Assembly (NCBI GenBank): GCA_038231275.1
Contig: JBBRLQ010000022.1
Coordinates: forward strand, 32,001 to 96,000
Length of the DNA: 64,000 nucleotides
Source: Polyangiales bacterium
GTDB taxonomy: Bacteria; Myxococcota_A; Polyangia; Polyangiales; Polyangiaceae
Direction of reading: 5' to 3'
Shown: positions 9,956 to 18,532 of the stretch, in pieces
How the letters are laid out: each line of letters opens with the position of its first letter
Position numbering within the stretch: position 1 is the first letter of the stretch
Program-made: the position numbers and the translations under genes
The notes under the pieces: generated by a model
What the model was told of the DNA's origin: nothing
Databases searched by the model: none
Seen by the model: the letters and a program-made list of their open reading frames with translations, nothing else

Positions 9956-10207
9956 CTACGCCGCGCGCCCGTCCAGCTCGTCGAGCGTGCGGAGCGCAGG
10001 ACCCGACTCGCGCTCGCGCTCGGCCATGACGATCTCGAGGAGCTCCGCGCGCGTGACGACGCCCATCTCGAGGACGGCACGCATGTACCCGTCCACGTAG
10101 CCGTGGGCCCGGGCGAGGCGCGCATAGGCCTCGCCGGCGCTCTTGGCCTTGAGCACGTCGCGCAGCATCAGCTTCAGCTCGGCGATCATCTCGGTCTTGG
10201 TGCGCAT
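9956..10207 (-). CDS. Small hypothetical helical protein (83 aa)
   Basis: MRTKTEMIAELKLMLRDVL...GYVDGYMRAVLEMG; normal codon bias; convergent with the upstream gene. Confidence 0.7.
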   Translation of the reverse strand: MRTKTEMIAELKLMLRDVLKAKSAGEAYARLARAHGYVDGYMRAVLEMGVVTRAELLEIVMAERERESGPALRTLDELDGRAA

Positions 10208-10390
10208 GGCCAACCCGTAAGGGAGGGCGCGCCGAATGGCCAAGTTTCCGATCGAATAGTGGAGGTTTCGTGGGCGTTATTGAGCGAACGTCGAGTGACC
10301 GGAACCGGCAATCGACGGTAGCGACCCACAAGGAGACTAGCTCAGTCGTTCCATTCACCGGACGGTTGCGCTAGTAGACGAAGAGCTCGG

Positions 10391-11701
10391 ATGACCCCGA
10401 ACGACGCGCGCGCCTACGAGGTCCTGACGGGCCACGCCAAGCTGAGTCAGCTGGTGACGATCACGCGCGATATCTTGGGCTCGGCGGCCGAGACCAAGCG
10501 CGCGGAGTGGGCGGACGCAGCGCGCGTGAAGGCGAAAGCCGAGGAGCTCGGGGTCACGCACGACGATGCGTCGACCGAGCTCGGAAACGTGCTCACGGTG
10601 CTCGAGAAGGGGCCGCAGACGGAGTCGGAGCGGGCGCTCGGCGCGGCGCTGTGGGCGCACGTGCTCGCCGACGTGCCGCCCAAGACGAGCGAGGACGAGG
10701 ACAAGGCCGCCGACGATCTCCTGTGGCTCGCGGGGCGGACGCCGTTCGACGCCACCGGGCTCGTCGATCGCGCCCTCGGCGACTCTTCCGACGAGATGTG
10801 GTCCGCGGTCGCGGATCGCGTACGGCGGATCGAGGCCGGGACGCTCGCGCCGCTCGGTCGAGGCGAGGCGTTGTGCGGGTGCGCGGCGATCGCGGTGTCC
10901 GAGTCGGCGGCGGCGCGCAAGCAGGCTGCGGCGCTCTCGCGTGAGCTCAAGGACCCGAGCCTCGCCCGCCTGATCGCGCCGCGCGAAGAGCCGGCGCCGG
11001 CGCCCGCGTCGCTACCTAAGCAAGAGGCGAAGGCCGAAGACACGAAGCCCCTCGCGCTGGTCGCGGAGAAGAAGCCGGAGGAGAAGAAGCCGGAGGAGAA
11101 GAAGCCGACGGTGGTGATCGACGCAGGCCCGCCGCTCGCCGACGAGCGGATCACCGGCGAGATGCTGCCGACGCCGCGAGGACCGGTCGCCACCGCCGCG
11201 CTCGCCCTGACCGGCATCCTGTTCGTTCTCCACGCCGCGCGCCTCGTGGGTCGCTTCGCGCTTGCCTACAAGCGCCCCGCGGAGGTCACGCTCTCCGGCG
11301 AGAGCGTTCGCATCCGTGCCCGGACCGAGATGCTGGGCCGTACGCTGCGCGAGCGCGAGACGGTGATCTCGCGCGCCGCGCTCGCACGCGCCACCCGCGA
11401 GGTGCGCTATCCGCGGATGTCGTTCTACGCCGGGCTCCTCGCGCTCGCGGTCGGCAGCTACGTCGGCGTCGCCACGCTCGTCGATGGCGTGAGGTCGGCC
11501 TCGCCGTCGCTCCTCCTCACGGGCCTGGTCGTCATCGCGCTCGGCATCGGGCTCGATTTCCTGCTGGGGAGCCTCGCCCCGGGCGCGACGGGCCTCGTTC
11601 GCGTCGCGTTCGTGCCGCGCAAGGGACCGATCATGTGCGTCGGCAACGTCGACGCCAAACGCGCCGACGCGGCCCTGAAGCGCCTCTCGCACGCACGATA
11701 A
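10391..11701 (+). CDS. Hypothetical membrane protein (helical N-domain, charged linker, about 3 TM segments)
   Basis: Long ORF with normal GC3 bias; hydrophobic segments ATAALALTGILFVL, FYAGLLALAVGSYVG and LLLTGLVVIALGIGLDFLL. Confidence 0.75.
   Translation: MTPNDARAYEVLTGHAKLSQLVTITRDILGSAAETKRAEWADAARVKAKAEELGVTHDDASTELGNVLTVLEKGPQTESERALGAALWAHVLADVPPKTSEDEDKAADDLLWLAGRTPFDATGLVDRALGDSSDEMWSAVADRVRRIEAGTLAPLGRGEALCGCAAIAVSESAAARKQAAALSRELKDPSLARLIAPREEPAPAPASLPKQEAKAEDTKPLALVAEKKPEEKKPEEKKPTVVIDAGPPLADERITGEMLPTPRGPVATAALALTGILFVLHAARLVGRFALAYKRPAEVTLSGESVRIRARTEMLGRTLRERETVISRAALARATREVRYPRMSFYAGLLALAVGSYVGVATLVDGVRSASPSLLLTGLVVIALGIGLDFLLGSLAPGATGLVRVAFVPRKGPIMCVGNVDAKRADAALKRLSHAR
11066..11107 (+). 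repeat. In-frame 15-bp tandem repeat (GAGAAGAAGCCGGAG x2.8) encoding EKKPE repeats
   Basis: Directly visible in the sequence; lies in the linker of CDS 10391-11701. Confidence 0.9.
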
Positions 11702-11718
11702 CCGGACCCCAGCCGGAC

Positions 11719-13410
11719 CTATCCTCCGACGCGCTCACCGACGACCACGTCGAGCTTGCCGCTCGTGGCGCGGAGCTCGAAGCGTACGGCGCGCGCGCCG
11801 CTGGCCGCCGCGCAGGCGCGCACGGCCGTCGCGGTGGCGGCGTGCGAGCGATCGATTTCCTCGTTGTTCGAGACGTCGAAGACGCGGAGGTCGAGGCCGG
11901 TTCCCTCCCCTTGCGCGCCTGCGGAGACGCGAACGCATTTGCGGGCGGGCACTTGCGTCTCCCACGAGAGGAGCTTGGCGGAGTCCACGGTCGCACCGCG
12001 CACGCCGAGCGCGGCCCCCTCGTGCATCATGCCGGCGCCGTCGACCGCGCGCGCGAGCATGCGCGCCGCCGCGAGCGGATGCTTGGTGAACTCGCCGTCC
12101 TGCCAACGCTCCTTGCGCGCGAGGACCGAGAACGGACCGGGGCGGCCGCGCGTCTCGAGGTCGAGGCGGACTTTTCCCTTTCCACACGCGAACAGCGTCG
12201 CGCCGTCGGGACCCTCGGCGCTCGTCACGAGGGTGCCCGCGTCGTCCCACACGTTCGCCTCGACGAGCGCGAGCGGCGCACCGGCAACGACGTCGACTCG
12301 CGTGCACGCCGGCGTCGGCCCGAGATCGAGCGGCAGCGACGCGCGACGGCCGATCGTGAGCGCGCCGGACGTCGTCATTCCCGGCGCCGCGTACCCGGCC
12401 TTCGCGAGCGCCGCGTTGCGGGCGTTGCGTGTCTGCTCGAGCGGCTGCGCCGGCGCCACCCCGGCCACGTCCGCGCGCGCGGACAGATCCCGCGCCGTTC
12501 CACCGCGGGCGCGCGCCACGACGACGGCCGCGAGGCCGCGCCCCACGTGCGGGCGAACCGACACGCTGCCCGTGAACGCGACCGGCGAGCACACCGTCGC
12601 CGCGCGATCGGCGCCGCCTTCTTTGGCGCGCGCGACCACGCGCCCGTCGCCGTCGAGGACCTCGACCTCGAGGAGCGCCACCGTCTCGTCTGGGACGACG
12701 ATGAGATCCACGCAGCCGTCCGCTTCGATGGGGAACGTCACATACCCCGACGCGCGCGCGTCGAGGGCGATCGCGAGGCGCTTCACCTCTTCCCACGTCC
12801 CGCCGAGCGCCGCGCGCCGGCCGCGCACCTTGTCGTCGAGCCCCGGCCAGGCCTCCGCCGGCCGCGGACCTTCGCCGTAGCCGCCGCGCGCTCCGACCGC
12901 CCGCGCAACTTCGATCGCGCGATCGGCGGGCACGAGCTGAGCGCCGAGCGCCACGAGCCCCTCCCCCGCCGCCACGTGCGCTGCGAGGTAGACGCGCTCG
13001 GGATGGGGAGGACACAGGAGCAGCGTGGGACGAGGATCGGGTCCTTCGTCGACGGCGACCGGGTTGCCTTCGTCGGCGAACGCGGCGATGTCGAGGTCCT
13101 CGACGCTCCCCGACGCGCGACCGTACGCGAGCAGACACAGGTCGGTCGGGATGTCGACGAACGCTCCGACGCGCTCTCCCTCCACCATCTCGCCCGACGC
13201 CGCGACGGAGAGCGGTCCTGCGCCAAAGCGCGAAGCGCGCTGCGGGAGATCGGCGAAGAGGACGCGCGACTCGAGATCGCCGACGGTCACACGCGGCGCG
13301 GGGAGGGGGGCCTTCACAGGTTTCGCGGGCGGAGGACGAGCTCCGCCGCATGCGGCGTTGGCGAGGGCGAGCGACAGCGCACCTGCGACGAGCATAGCGC
13401 GCGCCTTCAC
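11719..13410 (-). CDS. Putative lipoprotein with four Cys-bracketed beta-sandwich (PPC-like) repeats
   Basis: GTG start overlaps the upstream stop (GTGA); lipobox ANAAC; four repeats of the form C-x-hydrophobic...(DL)D/E-hydrophobic-D-x-x-G...C. Confidence 0.75.
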   Translation of the reverse strand: MKARAMLVAGALSLALANAACGGARPPPAKPVKAPLPAPRVTVGDLESRVLFADLPQRASRFGAGPLSVAASGEMVEGERVGAFVDIPTDLCLLAYGRASGSVEDLDIAAFADEGNPVAVDEGPDPRPTLLLCPPHPERVYLAAHVAAGEGLVALGAQLVPADRAIEVARAVGARGGYGEGPRPAEAWPGLDDKVRGRRAALGGTWEEVKRLAIALDARASGYVTFPIEADGCVDLIVVPDETVALLEVEVLDGDGRVVARAKEGGADRAATVCSPVAFTGSVSVRPHVGRGLAAVVVARARGGTARDLSARADVAGVAPAQPLEQTRNARNAALAKAGYAAPGMTTSGALTIGRRASLPLDLGPTPACTRVDVVAGAPLALVEANVWDDAGTLVTSAEGPDGATLFACGKGKVRLDLETRGRPGPFSVLARKERWQDGEFTKHPLAAARMLARAVDGAGMMHEGAALGVRGATVDSAKLLSWETQVPARKCVRVSAGAQGEGTGLDLRVFDVSNNEEIDRSHAATATAVRACAAASGARAVRFELRATSGKLDVVVGERVGG

Positions 13411-14705
13411 CGCGACGCTCCCCAGATGCCGCTGTCGATGCGGAAGAGCGCGAGGCCCCATGCGAGCCCGGTGCCGCGGGCGTCGACCTCGATGCGGGCG
13501 CGCGACTGCTCGCGCGCGCAGAATGCCACCGCGCCGGCCTCGTCGTTGATTCCACGCTCGTCGCTCGATTGCCGCGCGCCGACCATCGCGCGGACGCCGA
13601 CGCCCCGCGCGTGTCCCTGCGTGACGGCGGCGACGGCGACGTAGCAGCCCCCTGGCTCGAGCTCGACCGGGACCACGGTGGAGCCCGTCGAGCCTTGCGC
13701 GAGCGCGACGGCGGGCACTGGCGGGCTTCCGATGTGGCGCGCCAGCATCGCGCCGGCCATCTTGCCGCGAGCCTCCGGTCCCCACGCCCACGGGAGGTTG
13801 CGCGGCAACGGCCACGACGCGTGCGTGAAGAGCACCGTCGACCCGGGCGGCGCGCCCGTGAAGGTCAGCGCGCCCTCGGTCTCCTTGCCGAGGCACGTCT
13901 CGATGTGCACGTCGGGCGCGTCGGTGCGATCGCGACCGAGCATCGTCTCGTCCTCTTCGTCACGAAGCTCGGCGTCGACGTCGAGGCGGAAGCGACGGTT
14001 CTGCGTGGCGGAGCGCGGATCGTTGGCGAATAGCTCCAGGCGATGGCACCCGGCGTCGAGCCCCACGTGACCTTCCCCGTTGCCGTCGACGCCGGCCGTC
14101 CAGCCTTCGCGCGTGGCGATCGCGGCGCCGTCGCGTCGCGCGCGACCCTCGGCGACATCGGCGCGGTGCGCGGGCGGAAGGAGCGGAGGGAGCACGCCGG
14201 GCTCGGCGGACGGTGGCGTCACCCCGCCGGTTCGCTCCGGCAACACCGTGCGCAGTGGCGGAACCGGGCTCCGCGAGTGGGCGACGAGGATCTCGATCGC
14301 GCCACGCCCCGCGTCGCTCGTCACGACGATGCGTTTGAGCGCCGGCCCATCGCAGCGGCCGATCTGCACGACGCCCGCGACGCTGGCCGCGCGCGCGCCT
14401 TCGTCGGGCGCGAGCGGATCGTCGTCTGTGCCGCCGATCTTGACGTGGAAGCTGAGACCACGCGCGCCCACCATTGCGACGGTCGTGCAGGTGCCCTCGG
14501 GCGCCGCCGGCACCGCGAAGATCGCAGTCTCGTCCTCGTAGACGAAGCGCGTCGGCGAGCGCGTGACCTTCGCGCCGACGCGCTGCCACTCGTCCTGCAC
14601 GCGCGATGCGACGTCACGAAGATCGGCGCGCGCGGGGCGCGTGACGATGCCGGCCCCCGACGCGAGCCCGAACATCACCGCCCACGTGCCGAGGTTTCGA
14701 GTCAC
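13407..14705 (-). CDS. Putative secreted protein with three Cys-bracketed beta-sandwich repeats; related in architecture to the downstream gene
   Basis: Signal-like N-terminus ending ARA-D; repeats starting GTCTTVAMVG, AGCHRLELF and GGCYVAVAA. Start uncertain (14705 GTG or 14675 ATG). Confidence 0.72.
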   Translation of the reverse strand: MTRNLGTWAVMFGLASGAGIVTRPARADLRDVASRVQDEWQRVGAKVTRSPTRFVYEDETAIFAVPAAPEGTCTTVAMVGARGLSFHVKIGGTDDDPLAPDEGARAASVAGVVQIGRCDGPALKRIVVTSDAGRGAIEILVAHSRSPVPPLRTVLPERTGGVTPPSAEPGVLPPLLPPAHRADVAEGRARRDGAAIATREGWTAGVDGNGEGHVGLDAGCHRLELFANDPRSATQNRRFRLDVDAELRDEEDETMLGRDRTDAPDVHIETCLGKETEGALTFTGAPPGSTVLFTHASWPLPRNLPWAWGPEARGKMAGAMLARHIGSPPVPAVALAQGSTGSTVVPVELEPGGCYVAVAAVTQGHARGVGVRAMVGARQSSDERGINDEAGAVAFCAREQSRARIEVDARGTGLAWGLALFRIDSGIWGASR

Positions 14706-14764
14706 CCACCTCTCACGATACACGATGCCGAACGCGCTCGCCCGGCGCCGCGCGAGGTCGAAGC

Positions 14765-15280
14765 TCAACCTTCCACGATCAGCGGGGCCTCCACGAAGCC
14801 CCGACGCAAAGGATCCCACACGAAGAGCTTCCGATCGTCGACGACGCCGGCGCGCACGCTCGTGACGAGGTACGCGAGCTCGTACGTCGGCTCTTCTCCG
14901 CCGGCGGTCGCGGCCGCGGCGTCGGTGTCGGAGAAGTAGGACCCGACGTCGAGGTGCGAGTGGTAGAGCACCTTCACCGGCCGGCCGTTCGCCTCCCCTT
15001 CGCGCACCGCCCGCGCAAATTTCATCGGATCGAGGTCGAAGTACATCCGCCCCGTCCGCGGGTACGTCTCCGGATCGAGCGCGTGGAGCTTGTTCGCGCG
15101 GTTCTCCATCGGCACGACCTCGTCGATGCGGAGCGCGTCGCCGGCGGGGCCGCGGAGCAGCCCACAGCTCTCCTCGTCTCGCGCATACGCGGCGCGCGCC
15201 TCCTCGAACACGCGGTCGAGGAGCTCCTTGCCGATGACCACGCCGGAGACCGCCCACGGATGGCTCGTCACGTCTCGCAT
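14765..15280 (-). CDS. mec: JAB/MPN (JAMM) metallopeptidase, CysO-cysteine peptidase (Mec-like)
   Basis: EESCGLL and the JAMM motif YHSHLDVGSYFSDTD; lies in an operon with a Ubl, cysM and moeB. Confidence 0.85.
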   Translation of the reverse strand: MRDVTSHPWAVSGVVIGKELLDRVFEEARAAYARDEESCGLLRGPAGDALRIDEVVPMENRANKLHALDPETYPRTGRMYFDLDPMKFARAVREGEANGRPVKVLYHSHLDVGSYFSDTDAAAATAGGEEPTYELAYLVTSVRAGVVDDRKLFVWDPLRRGFVEAPLIVEG

Positions 15281-15300
15281 CGCCTCATCCTCTCGTGGCT

Positions 15301-16245
15301 TCACCAGACATATTTCTTCTCCCACTTCATCGGCGCGAAATACCGGTCGCCGCGGTCGGCCACGATGACGACGACGCATCCGCCTGCTCCGCTCTCCTGC
15401 AGCTCCTCCGCGAGGCGCACGGCGGCGAACACGTTGGCGCCCGACGAGTGGCCCACGTTGAGCCCTTCCTTCTGCGCGAGCAGCTCGGACATGTTCCACC
15501 CGTCCTCGGTCTGGACGCGCACGGTCTCGTCGGGGATGCCCGCGTCGTAGATGGCGGGCACGATGCTCGACGCGAGGTGCTTCAAGCCCTCGAGCCCGTG
15601 CATCGCCTCGGTCGGCTCGACGGCCAGGCACCGGATCTTCCGCGCGTGCTCCTTCAAGCGCCGCGTCGTCCCCATCATCGTCCCCGTCGTGCCGATCCCG
15701 GCGATGAAGTGCGTGATGCGATCGCCTAGCGCTTCGACGATCTCTGCGCCGGTGCCGAAGTAGTGCGCGAGTGGGTTTTGCGGGTTCGAGTACTGGTCGG
15801 GGTAGTAGTAGCGCCCCGGCTCCTCCTTCACGATGCGCTGCACGTGGAGGATGGCGCCGTCGGACCCTTCCATTGGATCGGAGAAGACGATCTCGGTGCC
15901 GAACGCGCGCGCGATGTCCTTGCGCGCTTTGGACACGTTCATCGGCATCACCAGGCGCACCTTTACGCCGAGCGCGGCGCCGAACAGCGAGTAAGCGACG
16001 CCGGTGTTGCCGCTCGTCGAGTCGATGAGGATCTTGTCGCGCGTGAGCTCGCCGGACGCGAGCGCCTCCTGCATCATGCGGAGCGCCGCGCGATCCTTGA
16101 CGCTGCCGCCAGGGTTGCAGAACTCGAGCTTCGCGTAGACCGGGACGTCCGGGCACTTCTCGGTCACCTTGCGGAGGCGCAAGAGCGGCGTGCGGCCGAC
16201 CGCGTCCACGATCGACTCCGAGCGAAACGCGCGCGCGAGGCTCAC
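15301..16245 (-). CDS. cysM: PLP-dependent cysteine synthase, CysM-like (probably sulfur-carrier dependent)
   Basis: KLEFCNPGGSVKDR (PLP Lys), STSGNTG, GIGTTGT, SSGAN, DRGDRY; GTG start overlaps the upstream stop. Confidence 0.85.
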   Translation of the reverse strand: MSLARAFRSESIVDAVGRTPLLRLRKVTEKCPDVPVYAKLEFCNPGGSVKDRAALRMMQEALASGELTRDKILIDSTSGNTGVAYSLFGAALGVKVRLVMPMNVSKARKDIARAFGTEIVFSDPMEGSDGAILHVQRIVKEEPGRYYYPDQYSNPQNPLAHYFGTGAEIVEALGDRITHFIAGIGTTGTMMGTTRRLKEHARKIRCLAVEPTEAMHGLEGLKHLASSIVPAIYDAGIPDETVRVQTEDGWNMSELLAQKEGLNVGHSSGANVFAAVRLAEELQESGAGGCVVVIVADRGDRYFAPMKWEKKYVW

Positions 16246-16523
16246 GACGCCCCGCCGATCCAGGCGCGACGAAGCGCGACGAGCGCCGCGTGCGCCCCCG
16301 TCGCCACATCGCGCGCCGCAGGATCCGCGATCTCGAACGGCAGCACGTGGACCTCGGAGGCCTCGCCGTCGACGCTCGCGCCCGCGGCCTCGAGGTACCT
16401 CCGCTCCACGCGCGCGGCCTCCCCGCGGGTCGCCAGTGCGAGCGAGGTCCCGGCCAGGCGCGCCTGACCTGCCTCGCCGACCTCGACGAGGCGCGTCTGC
16501 CGCGTGTAGCGCCGCGCCGCCAC
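16242..16523 (-). CDS. 93-aa degenerate, inactive MoeB/ThiF-like protein carrying the RYxRQ segment
   Basis: RYTRQTRLVEVGEAGQARL...RYLEAAG aligns by eye to the MoeB N-terminus (RYSRQ...GQ..L...YLA.AG), but the GxGGxG loop is replaced by ATRGEAA. It fits exactly between the Ubl and cysM genes. Confidence 0.75.
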   Translation of the reverse strand: MAARRYTRQTRLVEVGEAGQARLAGTSLALATRGEAARVERRYLEAAGASVDGEASEVHVLPFEIADPAARDVATGAHAALVALRRAWIGGAS

Positions 16524-16525
16524 GA

Positions 16526-16798
16526 TCAGCCGCCGGCGATCGCGGGGACGATGCTGATTTGATCGCCACCCTTCACTTCGGTGCCGAGCCCGTTCAGGAA
16601 GCGAACGTCCTCCTCGCCGACGTAGATGTTGATGAAGCGCCGAACGCCCTTCGCGTCGAGCAGGCGATCCTTGATGCCGGGGTGCCGCTTCTCGAGATCC
16701 TCGATGACGGCGCCGACGGTGCCGCCATCGGCCGGGACCTCGTCCTTGCCGCCGGTGAGCGGGCGGAGCGGGGCGGGAATTCGAACGATCGTGCTCAT
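16526..16798 (-). CDS. MoaD/ThiS/CysO-family ubiquitin-like sulfur carrier
   Basis: 90 aa, VRIPAPLR, RRFINIYV, DVRFL and the C-terminal PAIAGG diglycine; AAGGAG RBS. Confidence 0.92.
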   Translation of the reverse strand: MSTIVRIPAPLRPLTGGKDEVPADGGTVGAVIEDLEKRHPGIKDRLLDAKGVRRFINIYVGEEDVRFLNGLGTEVKGGDQISIVPAIAGG

Positions 16799-16812
16799 GG
16801 TCTTCTCCTTGG

Positions 16813-17547
16813 TCATCCTTCGCAAACACTCGAGTCGGGCGGCGCGTAGCGGGCAGGGTCGATGTGATCGATCGTTCCGATGCGCCGGACGCCACAAAGC
16901 GCGCACCCGAGGCGGGCGGGGACGCGGCGGCGGCGGAGGGCGTCGGTCTTGCCGTCGAACGTGACGAGCGTGCCGGCCACGTCGGCGCCGTCGATCATGG
17001 CGAGCGCCAGATCCGCCTGGAGCGCCCCGACCACGCCGACCATCGGGCCCACAACGCCGGCCTCCCCGCAGTTCGGGGCGTCGCCCTCCGGGAGATCCTC
17101 GAAGAGGCAGCGGTAGCAGGGCCGCCCTCCCCGCGCGACAGCGAACGCCGTGCCGTGCCAGCGTACGGCCGCCGCGTGCACGATGGGGACCTTGGCGATC
17201 GCGCACGCATCCGCGGCGAGGAACTTCGTCGCGAAGTTGTCGCTCCCCTCGACGACCAGATCGTATCCGCCGACGAGATCGACGGCGGTAGCGGGGAGGA
17301 GCCGTGTCCGATGCTCCTCGACCTTCATGCCAGGCGCCTCGCGCGCGAGGGCCTTCGCGGCGGCACCGACTTTGTGCGCGCCGACGTCGGCGTCGGTGAA
17401 GAGGATCTGACGATGGAGGTTGGTGACATCGATCTCGTCGTCGTCGCACAGACCGAGCGTGCCGACGCCGGAGCGCGCGAGCACGAGCGCGGAGGGGCAC
17501 CCGAGGCCGCCGACGCCAACGACGAGGACGCGCGCGCGCGATCTCAC
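16813..17547 (-). CDS. moeB: MoeB/ThiF-family (E1-like) adenylyltransferase, N-terminally short
   Basis: VLVVGVGGLGCP, TNLHRQ, GSDNF, zinc motifs CYRC and CALC, PNCGEAGV Cys. GTG start overlaps the cysK stop. No RYSRQ N-terminus and no rhodanese domain. Confidence 0.9.
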   Translation of the reverse strand: MRSRARVLVVGVGGLGCPSALVLARSGVGTLGLCDDDEIDVTNLHRQILFTDADVGAHKVGAAAKALAREAPGMKVEEHRTRLLPATAVDLVGGYDLVVEGSDNFATKFLAADACAIAKVPIVHAAAVRWHGTAFAVARGGRPCYRCLFEDLPEGDAPNCGEAGVVGPMVGVVGALQADLALAMIDGADVAGTLVTFDGKTDALRRRRVPARLGCALCGVRRIGTIDHIDPARYAPPDSSVCEG

Positions 17548-18530
17548 GGCGCCTCCTCCGGGAAGTAGTCGGCGAGGCTGAAATACCGCTCTCCGGTGTC
17601 GCACATGACCGTCACGACGTGCTTGCCCGGCCCGAGCTCTCGCGCGACGTCGTCGGCGACGAACGCGGCGGCGCCGGCGCTGATCCCGACGAGGAGCCCG
17701 CTCTCACGCGCGAGGGCCAGCTTCGCCTTCCACGCGTCCGCGTCGGACACGGTTCGCACCTCGTCGACGACATCCGCATGATAGTTCTTCGGCACGAAGC
17801 CGGCGGCGAGTCCCTGGATTTTGGTGGGTCCGCGCTCTCCGCGCGAGATCGTCGCGCACGCTTCCGGCTCGACGGCCACGATGCGGGGACCACCGCGCGT
17901 CGCGGGTCCGAGCTCCGCGCGCAGCGCCTTGCCGACGCCGCTGATCGTCCCGCCGGTCCCTACGCCGGCGACGAACGCGTCGATCGACAGATCGCGCATC
18001 GCGTGGAGGATTTCGCGCGCGGTGGTCTTCGCGTGCACCTCGGGGTTGGCGGGGTTGCCGAACTGATCGGGCAAGAACGCGCCAGGCGTCACCTCCCCAA
18101 GCGCGCGCGCCGCGCGGATCGCCCCTTCCATCTGCTCTTCGGCCGGCGTCAGCACGATCTTCGCGCCGTAGGACTCGAGGAGCTGGCGGCGCTCGAGGCT
18201 CATGCTCTCGGGCATCGTCAGGATGCACGTGTACCCCTTCACGGCGCACACGAGCGCGAGCCCGATGCCGGTGTTGCCACTCGTCGGCTCGATGACGACG
18301 CCGCCCGCTTGGAGGCGTCCGCTCTTCTCCGCCTTCTCGATCATCGCGAGGCAGATGCGATCCTTCAGCGAGCCGCCGGGGTTCAAGTGCTCGAGCTTCG
18401 CCCACACCGTCGCGCGTGGCGCCACGGCGGCGTCCCGCGCGGGCGCGAGACGAACGAGCGGCGTCTGCCCGACGAGATCGAGCATCGACTCGGCGATGAG
18501 GAGCGGCCTCGGCGTCGGTGCGGCGCTCAT
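17544..18530 (-). CDS. cysK: Cysteine synthase A (O-acetylserine sulfhydrylase)
   Basis: KLEHLNPGGSLKDR, EPTSGNTG, MPESMSLERR, QFGNPANP, GVGTGGT, KIQGL, DTGERY. Confidence 0.92.
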   Translation of the reverse strand: MSAAPTPRPLLIAESMLDLVGQTPLVRLAPARDAAVAPRATVWAKLEHLNPGGSLKDRICLAMIEKAEKSGRLQAGGVVIEPTSGNTGIGLALVCAVKGYTCILTMPESMSLERRQLLESYGAKIVLTPAEEQMEGAIRAARALGEVTPGAFLPDQFGNPANPEVHAKTTAREILHAMRDLSIDAFVAGVGTGGTISGVGKALRAELGPATRGGPRIVAVEPEACATISRGERGPTKIQGLAAGFVPKNYHADVVDEVRTVSDADAWKAKLALARESGLLVGISAGAAAFVADDVARELGPGKHVVTVMCDTGERYFSLADYFPEEAP

Positions 18531-18532
18531 GA

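Noticed and set aside
16242..16895. 217-aa ORF suggesting a long protein or a Ubl-E1 fusion
   Set aside because: The upstream part is an alternative frame over the Ubl and moeB genes. The Ubl ends at GG-stop, and only 16242-16523 looks protein-like.
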